A DNA stretch of 58,585 nt, counting the filler, from Squatina squatina (taxonomy: Eukaryota): the NCBI GenBank assembly GCA_031763465.1. It is 4 parts of 4 records of this genome, joined end to end, with 100 filler letters (N's around TTAATTAATTAA, not from the genome) between each part and the next. Parts side by side here need not be neighbours in the genome. Positions count along the whole stretch, not along the records: positions 27,270 to 45,590 come from JARFOE010000046.1; positions 45,691 to 58,585 come from JARFOE010000234.1; 2 more parts are not named here. The stretch is one strand, 5' to 3'. Within the stretch, counting starts at the first letter, position 1. Each line of letters starts with the position of its first letter. The notes beneath the pieces are model-generated. The model saw nothing but the letters and a program-made list of their open reading frames with translations. It did not search any database and had not been told where the DNA came from. Below are positions 38,741-48,851 of the stretch, in pieces. The position numbers were made by a program, and so were the translations under genes.

Positions 38741-41700
38741 GCTGTTGCACCTATTCCGTAACACCCTCAGCAATAAATAGTGTCTTATGATGGGCATATG
38801 GTACACCACTGCATTTGAGACTGATGTTGCACTCTTCACTCAGCCGTTCATGACAATGACAATGTTGGCTGAATGCCCAAGCGAAAGGCTGTATCTTTTC
38901 ACTATATTCCCAGTGATATATACTGGTGTATACTTGTAGCAATGCAGTTTCTCTGCTCGCTACTAAAGCTACAAGGCTCAGTGGTGCTGCCAGATTTGTC
39001 TCTTTTGCCAACATTTCACCCTGAACATATTGATATTCTGTCTTTTTCCATTTACAGTCACTCCATTATGTGCTCGTACTAAATCCCAACCGTCGTAGTG
39101 ATGCTGGGTTCGCATTTCACTTTGGTTATTCACTGGAATTCTAATCGTGTGGGCAGGNNNNNNNNNNNNNNNNNNNNNNNNNNNNNNNNNNNNNNNNNNN
39201 NNNNNNNNNNNNNNNNNNNNNNNNNNNNNNNNNNNNNNNNNNNNNNNNNNNNNNNNNCAATCGCTTTGTTGTGAGGAATTTATTCGAGGAAGGAAATAAA
39301 ATGTTCAGCAAAGATGCAGCTTATTTCGGGGTCGTCCTGAACTGGTAGCAGTAAAAATAAAGTGCCCTGTTATTCCCTATGTTAATATTTCTAAGAGCAT
39401 TAAAACTTATCAAGGTTATGTATGTTTTTAAGATATCCATAAGAAACATTGGGAATGTTATTGTGGAGTTTTTCATAAATAAGAATGGACTACAGGATGC
39501 TGTTAAGCCCATGAAGTATTTTTCATACTGTGAATTTGATTCTAGAGACTTGTAAAGGAATGGTTGGGACTATACCGCATGCTTCATTACATTAAGTTAC
39601 TGCCACTTCATATTGTGACCTGAAGACTTCACTATTACTCCACTAGTCTTCCCACTCGGAACATTACATAGTGCTTTAGATCATCTTGAGTAGACTTTCC
39701 TGTATTTAGCCCCTGGTACATATATATACATATACCCTCAATGTTTGGATTACATAAGCAATTACTTCAGGAAGTCCTTAAGTGGTCATCTGACATCACA
39801 AGCAACTATACTTAGCAAACAATTCTTTGCTCCAGCTATCACAAAACTCAGGGCTATCATTAATTAGAACATTTGTAATTGAAGAAAGTGATGAATCGAT
39901 TTTCTTTTGCTAGAACTGCTATTAATATTTGTCAAGCATAAGTGAGCAGCACTCCATTCTTGACACAATGCTCCTAAAAAGCACACACTGGGAAAATATC
40001 ATACGTCCTCATATGAATATTTACTTAGCTCAGACTTCTGAAGAATTATATTGAAATACAAACAAAATGAAATAGCAGCAAAGCAACAGACTAATCTGTA
40101 GTTCATAATATTAGAATGTGAATGCTTATTGGGAGAGCACCTTTAAGACCGTCAGAGGTAAGAGGCTTAAGGGGAGAAATTTGTGTGGTTTGCGCAACAT
40201 GTTAGCGCTAAAATCTTATTGATAGCTGTAACGACAGCTGATGCCAGTTCCAGCACCGCACGCCATATCGGTGGTGCCAGTAGCGCTACCGGTAACCTCG
40301 ATCGCCAGGGAGCTCGCCAAGATGGAGTTTTTGACATCAGTGAGTTTGCAATGCTCACTGGACACCCGGTCTCCCAACTTCATTTTGGCCAAGGTACTGG
40401 AGAAAGCAATGACAGCTTCAGGTGGCGTGCAGCAGCAGGAAGCTGGCTGCAGCAATGCTATTTAAAGGAATCCTCACCAATCATTTGCACTTGTTAGAGT
40501 TTTGAAGTTTGTGTGGCTGTGTGCTAGTTCCTGTTATTGAAAGAGTTTTCCTTAGTCATTTCACGGTTCTTTGGTATCAGGGAGTGTTCTGACAAGTACA
40601 AAACTCCCTCATCATGCCATTCCTGTCTCATGCCATATCACAGCGTCCTCCTAGGCGCAAAGGTGAAAAACACCATTAATAAATGTATCTATAAACAAAT
40701 CAAACATGTTGCATGAATTGAATNNNNNNNNNNNNNNNNNNNNNNNNNNNNNNNNNNNNNNNNNNNNNNNNNNNNNNNNNNNNNNNNNNNNNNNNNNNNN
40801 NNNNNNNNNNNNNNNNNNNNNNNGGGACTTTTCGCTTTCAGTAAAGCACGCGACTCGAATATCATCTGGCCAAAGCGGGCCAGCGGCAGGTGCCAGCATC
40901 TTGCCCAGGTTATTCTGATTCGGCCTGAAGACTGAGGCCTGATTTCGAACTGGTCGCGGGCCTCCCAGGTCACGTACACATTATGCCTCTGCACAAAAAA
41001 TCAAGCACTGACAGATTCCTACCCCAAACGATCATGAGGTACTAACTCTTCTGGATGATGCAGATAAATGCGGAATTCCCATTTTACAGATTCTGCACAA
41101 TGCACTGACAAGAGACAAGCTATGATTTTGCAAATAGCAAGCTCAGTATTAAAGCTATATCCAGTACAAACGGTGCCCAGTGTGACGACAACTGCTTCTC
41201 CCTCTCTGTTGGTATGAAAGGAATTATGTTAACAGCACATATCTCATGCAGCCTGTTCCTCACTTTTCCCTCATTGCTGAAACTGCACGTTTTTGAAAGT
41301 ATATCAATTTCAAGAGGGCTCCAGACAACTTTCTCTCCTAATTTACCCGCGCTGACACACATTGATCTGTGCGTGACAGAGCTGACAGCTACTGCAAAAC
41401 TCCCGTGTCTACTAATATTTGAGAGCTCTGCACCACACTGCGCAAAGGCTTGGAAACAAAATAAAATAGATCTTGCAGTGGGCCTCTAAGCTTTTAATTT
41501 TACAAAAGAATAAGAGGAACCTTGTCAGCCTAAATAAATTCTGATGCTGTTGCAAAAGGAAGTGATCTGGATTGGCCAAGAGCTATGGCCAACACAAACA
41601 TGCTGTAAGTGAGCCACTTAATGGTTTTAAATTTTCATAAAATGAATACTCTGGAAAAATGTATAACCCCATTAAGCATAAGAACAGATCGAGAAGTGCA

Positions 41701-42269
41701 CTTTGATCTTTACTAATCTCAGGATTTATTTATCTTTTTATTTTCTTGCTCCTTCAAGATACATTTCTCCGAGTGCATGCTATAAATTTTAGTCCTGTTC
41801 TGCTCTGTCCAATTGTAATCCTGGAGTGTGATAAGGAGTTAAGTTATAAAATGACCTGAAGGCCACTTGTGAGCTGTCTCCCCTGCAGTGGAGGCTCTCA
41901 GTAAGCCTGGTGATTCATGCCTCTAAGCATCCACTCACAACTCATCTAGTTGTGGATTCAGCAATTGCATTTTTCTCTCCTTCCGTGAATCTTCGGAGAA
42001 AGCAAGGGAATGTTATTAGGAGGGAGCCCTACCTGAGTATCTCAAACAAAAGGGCTATGTTAAAACTGTAAGTCCTATAATACAGTGAGAACAGGAACGA
42101 TGGCAACTGGTGTGTCTCATAATACATGCCAGGGGATATGAATTCCACCGCACACTGCGCACCGCCCCCNNNNNNNNNNNNNNNNNNNNNNNNNNNNNNN
42201 NNNNNNNNNNNNNNNNNNNNNNNNNNNNNNNNNNNNNNNNNNNNNNNNNNNNNNNNNNNNNNNNNNNNN

Positions 42270-42418
42270 CTACCGTGACTTCCCCCCATGCTCCGGTCCG
42301 GATCATCCTGGCTGTCCCCCTTCTTCCAGCAACAGGAAAGAGATTTGCTGCCCTCCTGTTAACTGCTTGAATGAGTGAAGTGAGGTGCCCTGACTCTCGC
42401 TCCATCTCTTTGAGCCAT
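42270..42418 (-). pseudogene. Harbinger Myb/SANT-like (NAIF1/MSANTD-type) ORF, N-terminal fragment
   Basis: ATG at 42418 gives MAQRDGARVRAPHFT (cf. RAPRFS); after a frameshift it reads IQAVNRRAANLFPVAGRRGTARMIRTGAWGEVTV (cf. V..RR..LF...AW.EV). Confidence 0.65.
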
Positions 42419-43332
42419 CTTGTGAATTCTAAATACAGATCTTCCTCACCTGCTCCTACAACACTGACCTAAGCAGTGGCTGTGTGTCAGAAAGGCCCCC
42501 CCTTTAAATATTGATGTGGGCTGATAAGTAAGTGGAAGCAGCTAGGCCAATTGAGGAATTCAACAGCTGAAATAAACTGAGAAAATCAGCGCTAAGCATG
42601 GGCCCTTTAGTGCTGAAATTAGCACGCTTTTAAAGCTGTCTGAGTTTTTTTCTAAGTGTCAAATTGCTGGACTTTACAAAAAATTTCAAAGACCTGAACT
42701 TTGCTCATCTCAATTCGTCCAGTAGCGCCAGAAATTCAGGGCAGCCTAATTGGGCGCCCCTGGGAAGAAAGTAAAGCCAATTTTTGTCTCTGCAGCATGC
42801 ATTCAAATTGGGCCATTACAGAATGAATACAGAACGGGAATGTGTGTGGAGATCAGTTATGGTGGAACTCCAGGCACAACTTGGATCACACAGATTTATG
42901 AATTCCACACTTCTCTGCATCAATTCAGTTGGTGGATGCCCGACTCTAGGTTTTCTCAGTCCAATCCTCCAGCATGTTGCAGCTGGACAAGACAGCCTGT
43001 TGTAAATTGGAACTCAACACCTCCATAGCAGCAGTTTGAGTAGTTATGAGAGATACTCTGACTGGCCCTCGGATTTCTTTCAATGAGGGCTCCACTTGTC
43101 CTGCCCAAGCTGCCATTGCAATGGCATAGCCCTTATTACCAATAACACCGTAGGATGCTCCAAACAGAAATAGGCGTGAGCTTCATTTTAATATTATAAC
43201 CTCAATGAAGTAACATAATTAAAACATCAATGCAATTTTCCAGCCTTTACCCAGTAGGCTGCAGTGTTTCTGAGGGAGCTTCTTGTGATTCAGGTAGCCT
43301 TGTACTTGCTCATGTTAAGTTACCAGATGGCT

Positions 43333-45350
43333 TTCTTCTCAGGCAATCCCTCAGGTTTGAGGATGACTTGCTTCCACTCCGGAGTTGTGGGTTCTGAGGT
43401 GGCTAAATAGTTCAATACGGGAACCACAGACACAGCCGCAGGTGGGGCAGGTGATACTTGATGAGACGTGTGGCAGGGATGAGCGTGTTGCTGCGTGCTC
43501 CTTCCTCTGCCAACGTTTGTCCTCAATGTGCTTCCGCCGGAGAGACTCGAAGCGGTTGGTGCCTTCACAGATGGCTCTTCTGCATTGCGGGTGATCTTGG
43601 GCCACGGATTCTCATGAGTTGGTGGGGATGTTGCATTTCTTCAATGAGGCCTTAAGGACGTCCTTGTAGCATTTCTTCTGCCCTATTTGGAGGTGTTTCC
43701 CAAAGCGGAGTTTGGAATAGAGAGTTTGGGAGTCTTGTATCTGGCATGCGGATGATGTGACCAGCCGATCACAGCTGATTGAACGTAACCAGTGTGTCGA
43801 TGCTGGGGATGTTGGCCTTGGTGAGGACGCTGACTTTGGTGCGTTTGTCCTGCCAGTTTATTTGCAGGATTTTGCGAAGGCAGCGTTGATGGTATTTCTC
43901 TAGAACCTTGAGGTGTCTGCTGTACAGTGCCTGTGTCTCTGATGCATACAAGAGGGCGGGTATCACTGCTGCCCTGTGGACCATGACCTAGGTCTGAGGT
44001 CTTTGTCCTCAAACACTCTCTTCCTCAGGCGCCCAAAGGCTGTACTAGCGCACTGGAGGCGATGCTGGATCTCGTCGTCTAAGTCTGCCCTAGCTGAGAG
44101 GAGACTCCTGAGGTATGGAAAGTGTTCCACGTTGTCCAGGGACTTGGCATGAATCTTGGTGTTTGGGGATTGGTGGTGTGTGGCAGGAGTGGGCTGGTGC
44201 AGCACTTTGCTCTTGTGNNNNNNNNNNNNNNNNNNNNNNNNNNNNNNNNNNNNNNNNNNNNNNNNNNNNNNNNNNNNNNNNNNNNNNNNNNNNNNNNNNN
44301 NNNNNNNNNNNNNNNNNNNNNNNNNNNNNNNNNNNNNNNNNNNNNNNNNNNNNNNNNNNNNNNNNNNNNNNNNNNNNNNNNNNNNNNNNNNNNNNNNNNN
44401 NNNNNNNNNNNNNNNNNNNNNNNNNNNNNNNNNNNNNNNNNNNNNNNNNNNNNNNNNNNNNNNNNNNNNNNNNNNNNNNNNNNNNNNNNNNNNNNNNNNN
44501 NNNNNNNNNNNNNNNNNNNNNNNNNNNNNNNNNNNNNNNNNNNNNNNNNNNNNNNNNNNNNNNNNNNNNNNNNNNNNNNNNNNNNNNNNNNNNNNNNNNN
44601 NNNNNNNNNNNNNNNNNNNNNNNNNNNNNNNNNNNNNNNNNNNNNNNNNNNNNNNNNNNNNNNNNNNNNNNNNNNNNNNNNNNNNNNNNNNNNNNNNNNN
44701 NNNNNNNNNNNNNNNNNNNNNNNNNNNNNNNNNNNNNNNNNNNNNNNNNNNNNNNNNNNNNNNNNNNNNNNNNNNNNNNNNNNNNNNNNNNNNNNNNNNN
44801 NNNNNNNNNNNNNNNNNNNNNNNNNNNNNNNNNNNNNNNNNNNNNNNNNNNNNNNNNNNNNNNNNNNNNNNNNNNNNNNNNNNNNNGGTAGAGAAGCCAA
44901 GAGTCTCCTCACAGGTGCTGGTAATCGTAGACTTGAGGGCAGACCAGGCACTGTGGACAGGCTGTGGCTCCGACTCATTGAGCACAACCTGGTTGGTTGT
45001 GAGACGTTGGCTGAGTAAGGCCTTTCTTCGCAGGATCTTTGAGTCCTTCGATGCTGATTTTCCTGCGGCAGTGTTCATGTTGCCGCTGTCGTTTTTGGGC
45101 CAGGTTGACGGAAATGATAGAGCGGATTAGGAGATGGTCAGTCCAGCAGTCATCAGCTCCTGTCATGGCGCGGGTGATGCAGACATCCTTGCGGTCCCTC
45201 GCTCGAACAATGACGTAGTCTAGGTGCCAATGCCTGGAGCAAGCGTGTTGCCATGAGGTCTTGTACTTGTCTCTCTGACAGAATAGGGTGTTGGTTATGA
45301 CAAGACCATGTTCCAAGCACTTCGTCAGGGGGAGGACTCTGTTGGAGTCA
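43333..45350 (-). mobile_element. Decayed, 5'-truncated RTE-clade LINE
   Basis: Frameshifted pieces: AP-endonuclease end (GLVITNTLF...TSWQH..SRHWHLDYVIVR...WTDHLLIRS), post-RT region (VEHFPYLRS...EIQHRLQCASTAFGRLRKRVF; AAVIPALLYASET; HQRCLRKILQINWQD) and a terminal C2H2 finger (CPTCGCVCGSRIELFSHLRTH). The RT core falls in the 44218-44887 gap. Confidence 0.9.
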
Positions 45351-45374
45351 CCTGAATATAGCACCTGAAAGACA

Positions 45375-45590
45375 GCACCTCCGGCAGTGCAGCGCTCCCT
45401 CAGTACTGCACCTCCGACTGTGCAGCGCTCCCTCAGTACTGCACCTCCGACTGTGCAGAGCTCCCTCAGTACTGCACCTCCGACTGTGCAGAGCTCCCTC
45501 AGTACTGCACCTCCGACAGTGCAGAGCTCCCTCAGTACTGCACCTCCAACAGTGCAGAGCTCCCTCAGTACTGCACCTCCGACAGTGCAG
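45375..45590. repeat. 33-bp tandem repeat, about 6.5 copies, SINE-derived
   Basis: Unit gcacctccgacwgtgcagmgctccctcagtact repeated head-to-tail up to the scaffold end. A related sequence occurs once in SINE copies near 57200-57235 and 54205-54250. Confidence 0.95.
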
Positions 45591-45690
45591 NNNNNNNNNN
45601 NNNNNNNNNNNNNNNNNNNNNNNNNNNNNNNNNNTTAATTAATTAANNNNNNNNNNNNNNNNNNNNNNNNNNNNNNNNNNNNNNNNNNNN
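45591..45690. other. Artificial scaffold linker
   Basis: TTAATTAATTAA at 45635-45646 with 44 N on each side. Confidence 0.97.
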
Positions 45691-46444
45691 TGCGTAAATC
45701 TGCATTTTGGAAGTGAAAATATTGAATATTCAGCACATTCTTTTTGCTGCTTTGACTCAGTAGCATTCTATTTTTTCCCCTGAACTGATCAGCTGCTCCC
45801 CCAAGCTGTCAATATCAGCTTTGGAAGAATGTGTTGCCAGTCTATTCAACTGTATGAGTTCTTAAGTTAACTCTCCACACTTAATGTGACTCAGAACCTG
45901 GGTTCCCCTGGGTGCCAACAAGCCATAAATTCCATTAACATCTGCTGCCCCTGAAGACCTCTCAGTCCACCATTGCATTCAGATTTCCCTGCTACTGTCT
46001 GATCCCCAATTCTTTTGAAAGCAGACAACCCTTACACTTGGCCTCGGGATTTGTGTCTATCCTGCTTGTACCATGCGGCTTCTCTCCAAGTGCTTTCCAT
46101 TCTCTTCCATGACCAGGCCCTCAATTAACTGAATTCTAATGCCCTCTATTATTGACGGGTGATTAAAAATACAGGAATCTGTTGTGGAGAAAAACAGCAA
46201 AGCAGGTGTGTATTGTTTTTAAATGTGTTTTCAGGATATGGGTGATCCTGGCAAAGGTGCATTTATTGCACATCGCTAGTTGCCCTAAGAAGGTTCTCTT
46301 TGAACGGCTGCAGTCCATGTGCTACTGGGGCTTGCATAGTTGTGTTAGGGAGCAAATTCCGGGATACTTCTTTGAATTAGTGAACATACCCATTTTGGAT
46401 TTGGTGTTGGAGTTTGCATATGTCAGAGTTGCTAAGAAATCTTC

Positions 46445-46712
46445 CTTTGTGATGACCAGGTTCTGTTACAGTGGGATCAGGTCCAATTATTGTGGTAGCC
46501 AGGTACTACCACTGTGACAAACAGGTTACCAGATTAAAATCACCATTGTGGTGACTAGGTGCTGTCGCTCTGGTGAGCACGTTCGGACATTGCAGTAACC
46601 AAAGTCCTGCAATTGTGGCGACTATGTCCTGTAATTATGGGTCCAGATCGTGTCATTATGGGACCATGTCCTGCCATTATGGGACCAGGCCTTGTCACTG
46701 TGGGACCAGGTA
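46445..46712. repeat. Degenerate 21-22-bp minisatellite
   Basis: Units such as cattatgggaccatgtcctgc, cattatgggaccaggccttgt, aattgtggcgactatgtcctgt. Confidence 0.75.
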
Positions 46713-46882
46713 GGCATAGATTTGGTTTTGCTGATGGGGTTGGGGAAAAAAGTGTGGTTTTCTTGCAGGAAGTTTTGATCGATTAGGTCATGGAAGCATT
46801 TGCTTTACTGGTCTGTAATTCTGTGTACAGTAGGGAATTCATTGCTGATTTCACTATACTTGTCAGTAGCCCTATACATTAC

Positions 46883-47039
46883 CTTGCATACCCGCTGGAC
46901 CGAAATCTTGCCTTGTTAAAAAGATGGCATGGTCGTGGTGCTCCGAATGGTTTGGGTCTGATTTTTGCTGAGAGTAAGCCCAACGGCAGACATTCTCCAA
47001 ACTTCGAGATGGATTCCCTCTTTCGATCAAGCTGATGGA
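46883..47039 (-). CDS. ADAMTS3: ADAMTS3 metalloprotease-domain exon
   Basis: Minus-strand AG/GT boundaries, 157 nt. Encodes [52 protein letters not shown](G), closest to recalled ADAMTS3 among ADAMTS2/3/14. Missed by the ORF track. Confidence 0.94.
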
Positions 47040-47231
47040 CTGATCAGAGTGTTTGATTTCATTAAGTTTTCATGTACGCGTTATAAGTACTTATTTCTTC
47101 AAAGCTGGATATATCATTTATACAAAATACCTCAATGGTCATTTTCCAACTTCATATTCCCATGAGTGAGCCTCACTGCCAGGAACACATATTGGAAATT
47201 CAGGCCTCCTGGAATGTCCTGTCAAGTCATT

Positions 47232-47930
47232 GGCCCTGAATTTGCAATCGGAGGCTTCCTGCAAGTGGGAGCCTCCAATTGCAAAAATATCTACGAACTT
47301 ACCTGACAGTCCTGGATCCACAGGAGCTTGCAATTTTCTGTCCCCCACAGTTGGAGATTCGGATCGCAGCTCTTCTCATTCCCGGGGACATCCAGCGAAC
47401 AGACTGGAGAGGTTACATGGGAGGCCACAAACAATCAGGTAGGAGTATCGCTCATTCAAGCTTTGACACTTCTGACAGATCTGTCGAAGCTTGAATGAGA
47501 GATGAAAAAGTACACAAACACATCCAAAAACAACTGTAACATTAAAATTTAATAAAAAGGAGATAAATAAGACAAAAGATTTTTTTTTTAATTTAAAAAA
47601 AGATCTTTTAAAATGTTTAAAAACATACTTACCTTATTGGGAATGTTTTTAAATTAATGTACCATTAATTTTTTTGATTTGAACATTTTTAAAAACTCTT
47701 ACACTGGTAAAACCAACCATATACACTTGGTTTTACCATGCATGAAAAAGTTAAGAGATTTCCAGTGCAAGTGTGGAGAAAATCTCGCAAAGCTGCGCTA
47801 TGGAAATGTCTTTTCCTGCCGAAGCGTATGATCTTGACAGATCGCAACTGCCGGATTTGCGGGCATGCGCAGAGCAGCCCCAGATTCGCCACTTGCAAGG
47901 ACCCCCGGGTGCGTGGGAAAATCATACCCT
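47232..47930 (+). mobile_element. Multi-hairpin non-autonomous DNA element (most complete copy; right end in a gap)
   Basis: Left terminus ggccctgaattt; serial inverted repeats; 47655-47930 is highly similar to 31527-31810. Confidence 0.8.
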
Positions 47931-48032
47931 NNNNNNNNNNNNNNNNNNNNNNNNNNNNNNNNNNNNNNNNNNNNNNNNNNNNNNNNNNNNNNNNNNNNNN
48001 NNNNNNNNNNNNNNNNNNNNNNNNNNNNNNCA

Positions 48033-48414
48033 CCAGCAGGGGTGCCCCTCACTGAGCTGGAGGAAAGGGTCCTGCAGCTGATCGGCCCTCAAGTGGCAGA
48101 CCCTGTTGCCCAGGGCAATGCAGATCCAGTGACTGGCGAGTGTTGGAGTAGGTATGATGGAACTTCACCATCAGTGCAGGAAGCTAGATTAAAGTGTGCA
48201 TGCCCATTGTGGACATGCGTAATGCCACATAGGTGCACCCTTTCACTTCAACCATCTAAAGTATGTGCTGTTTGTCATTGCAGAAGTCTTACATATAATG
48301 CCAGCATCACCATCAGTCCACAGTAGCATGACGGAGGAGGATGAAGAAGCCACCGAGACTGAAGAGGGAGAGGGGGAGGCTCCGGAACAGATGGAGTCAC
48401 TTTCCACCCAGTGA
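48033..48414 (+). pseudogene. Harbinger Myb/SANT-like ORF, internal fragment with a putative intron (48136-48283)
   Basis: PAGVPLTELEERVLQLIG resembles the LT.LEERV..L.G motif that follows the Myb/SANT domain. A g/GCGAGT donor and ttgtcattgcAG acceptor join in frame to the acidic tract EVLHIMPASPSVHSSMTEEDEEATETEEGEGEAPEQMESLSTQ*. Confidence 0.55.
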
Positions 48415-48767
48415 TACTGCACAAGCACCTTTTCAACTTGGCTAGAAAGCATGAATGGACTGCATACTTTAAATAGTCGTGATCTAGTTTCTGAAATACA
48501 ACTGATAAACTTATCTGCCAACTCTTGTAAGTTCCTGCTGTCAGGGTATTTCCTCATATCCAAATAATGTGCAAGAGAATAGAAAGGTGAAGGGTGCACA
48601 ATGTCTCAATTTGAAAGTTAATATCTCAAGATGTTGCATAAATAGCTCAAATCAGCCCACACTTTCTCATTTGTCAGCTTCCTTCGAGAGCATTGCTTTC
48701 TGCAACAAACTGTGACCCGTAAATGGAAAACTCTAAAGACTGTGAACAGCTTTGAATTTAATCTTAC

Positions 48768-48851
48768 CTTTGCATATCCCAGCATGATCATTCGTACCAG
48801 CACAACATTCACATGGGCTCCCAGCGATTTATCGTGGTAAATCTCATTAAC
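48768..48851 (-). CDS. ADAMTS3: ADAMTS3 metalloprotease-domain exon (upstream of 46883-47039)
   Basis: 84-nt phase 0-0 exon, cAG acceptor and GTAAGa donor on the minus strand. Encodes [28 protein letters not shown], which joins directly to SISLIERG as in ADAMTS3. Confidence 0.94.

Noticed and set aside
45375-45590. CRISPR-like array of ~33-bp palindromic repeats
   Set aside because: Units are directly adjacent with no unique spacers, there are no cas genes, the context is vertebrate, and the unit derives from a SINE.
45387-45638. ORF with (VQSSLSTAPPT)n repeats as a mucin-like protein
   Set aside because: By-product of a 33-bp (in-frame) tandem repeat; no splice or gene context.
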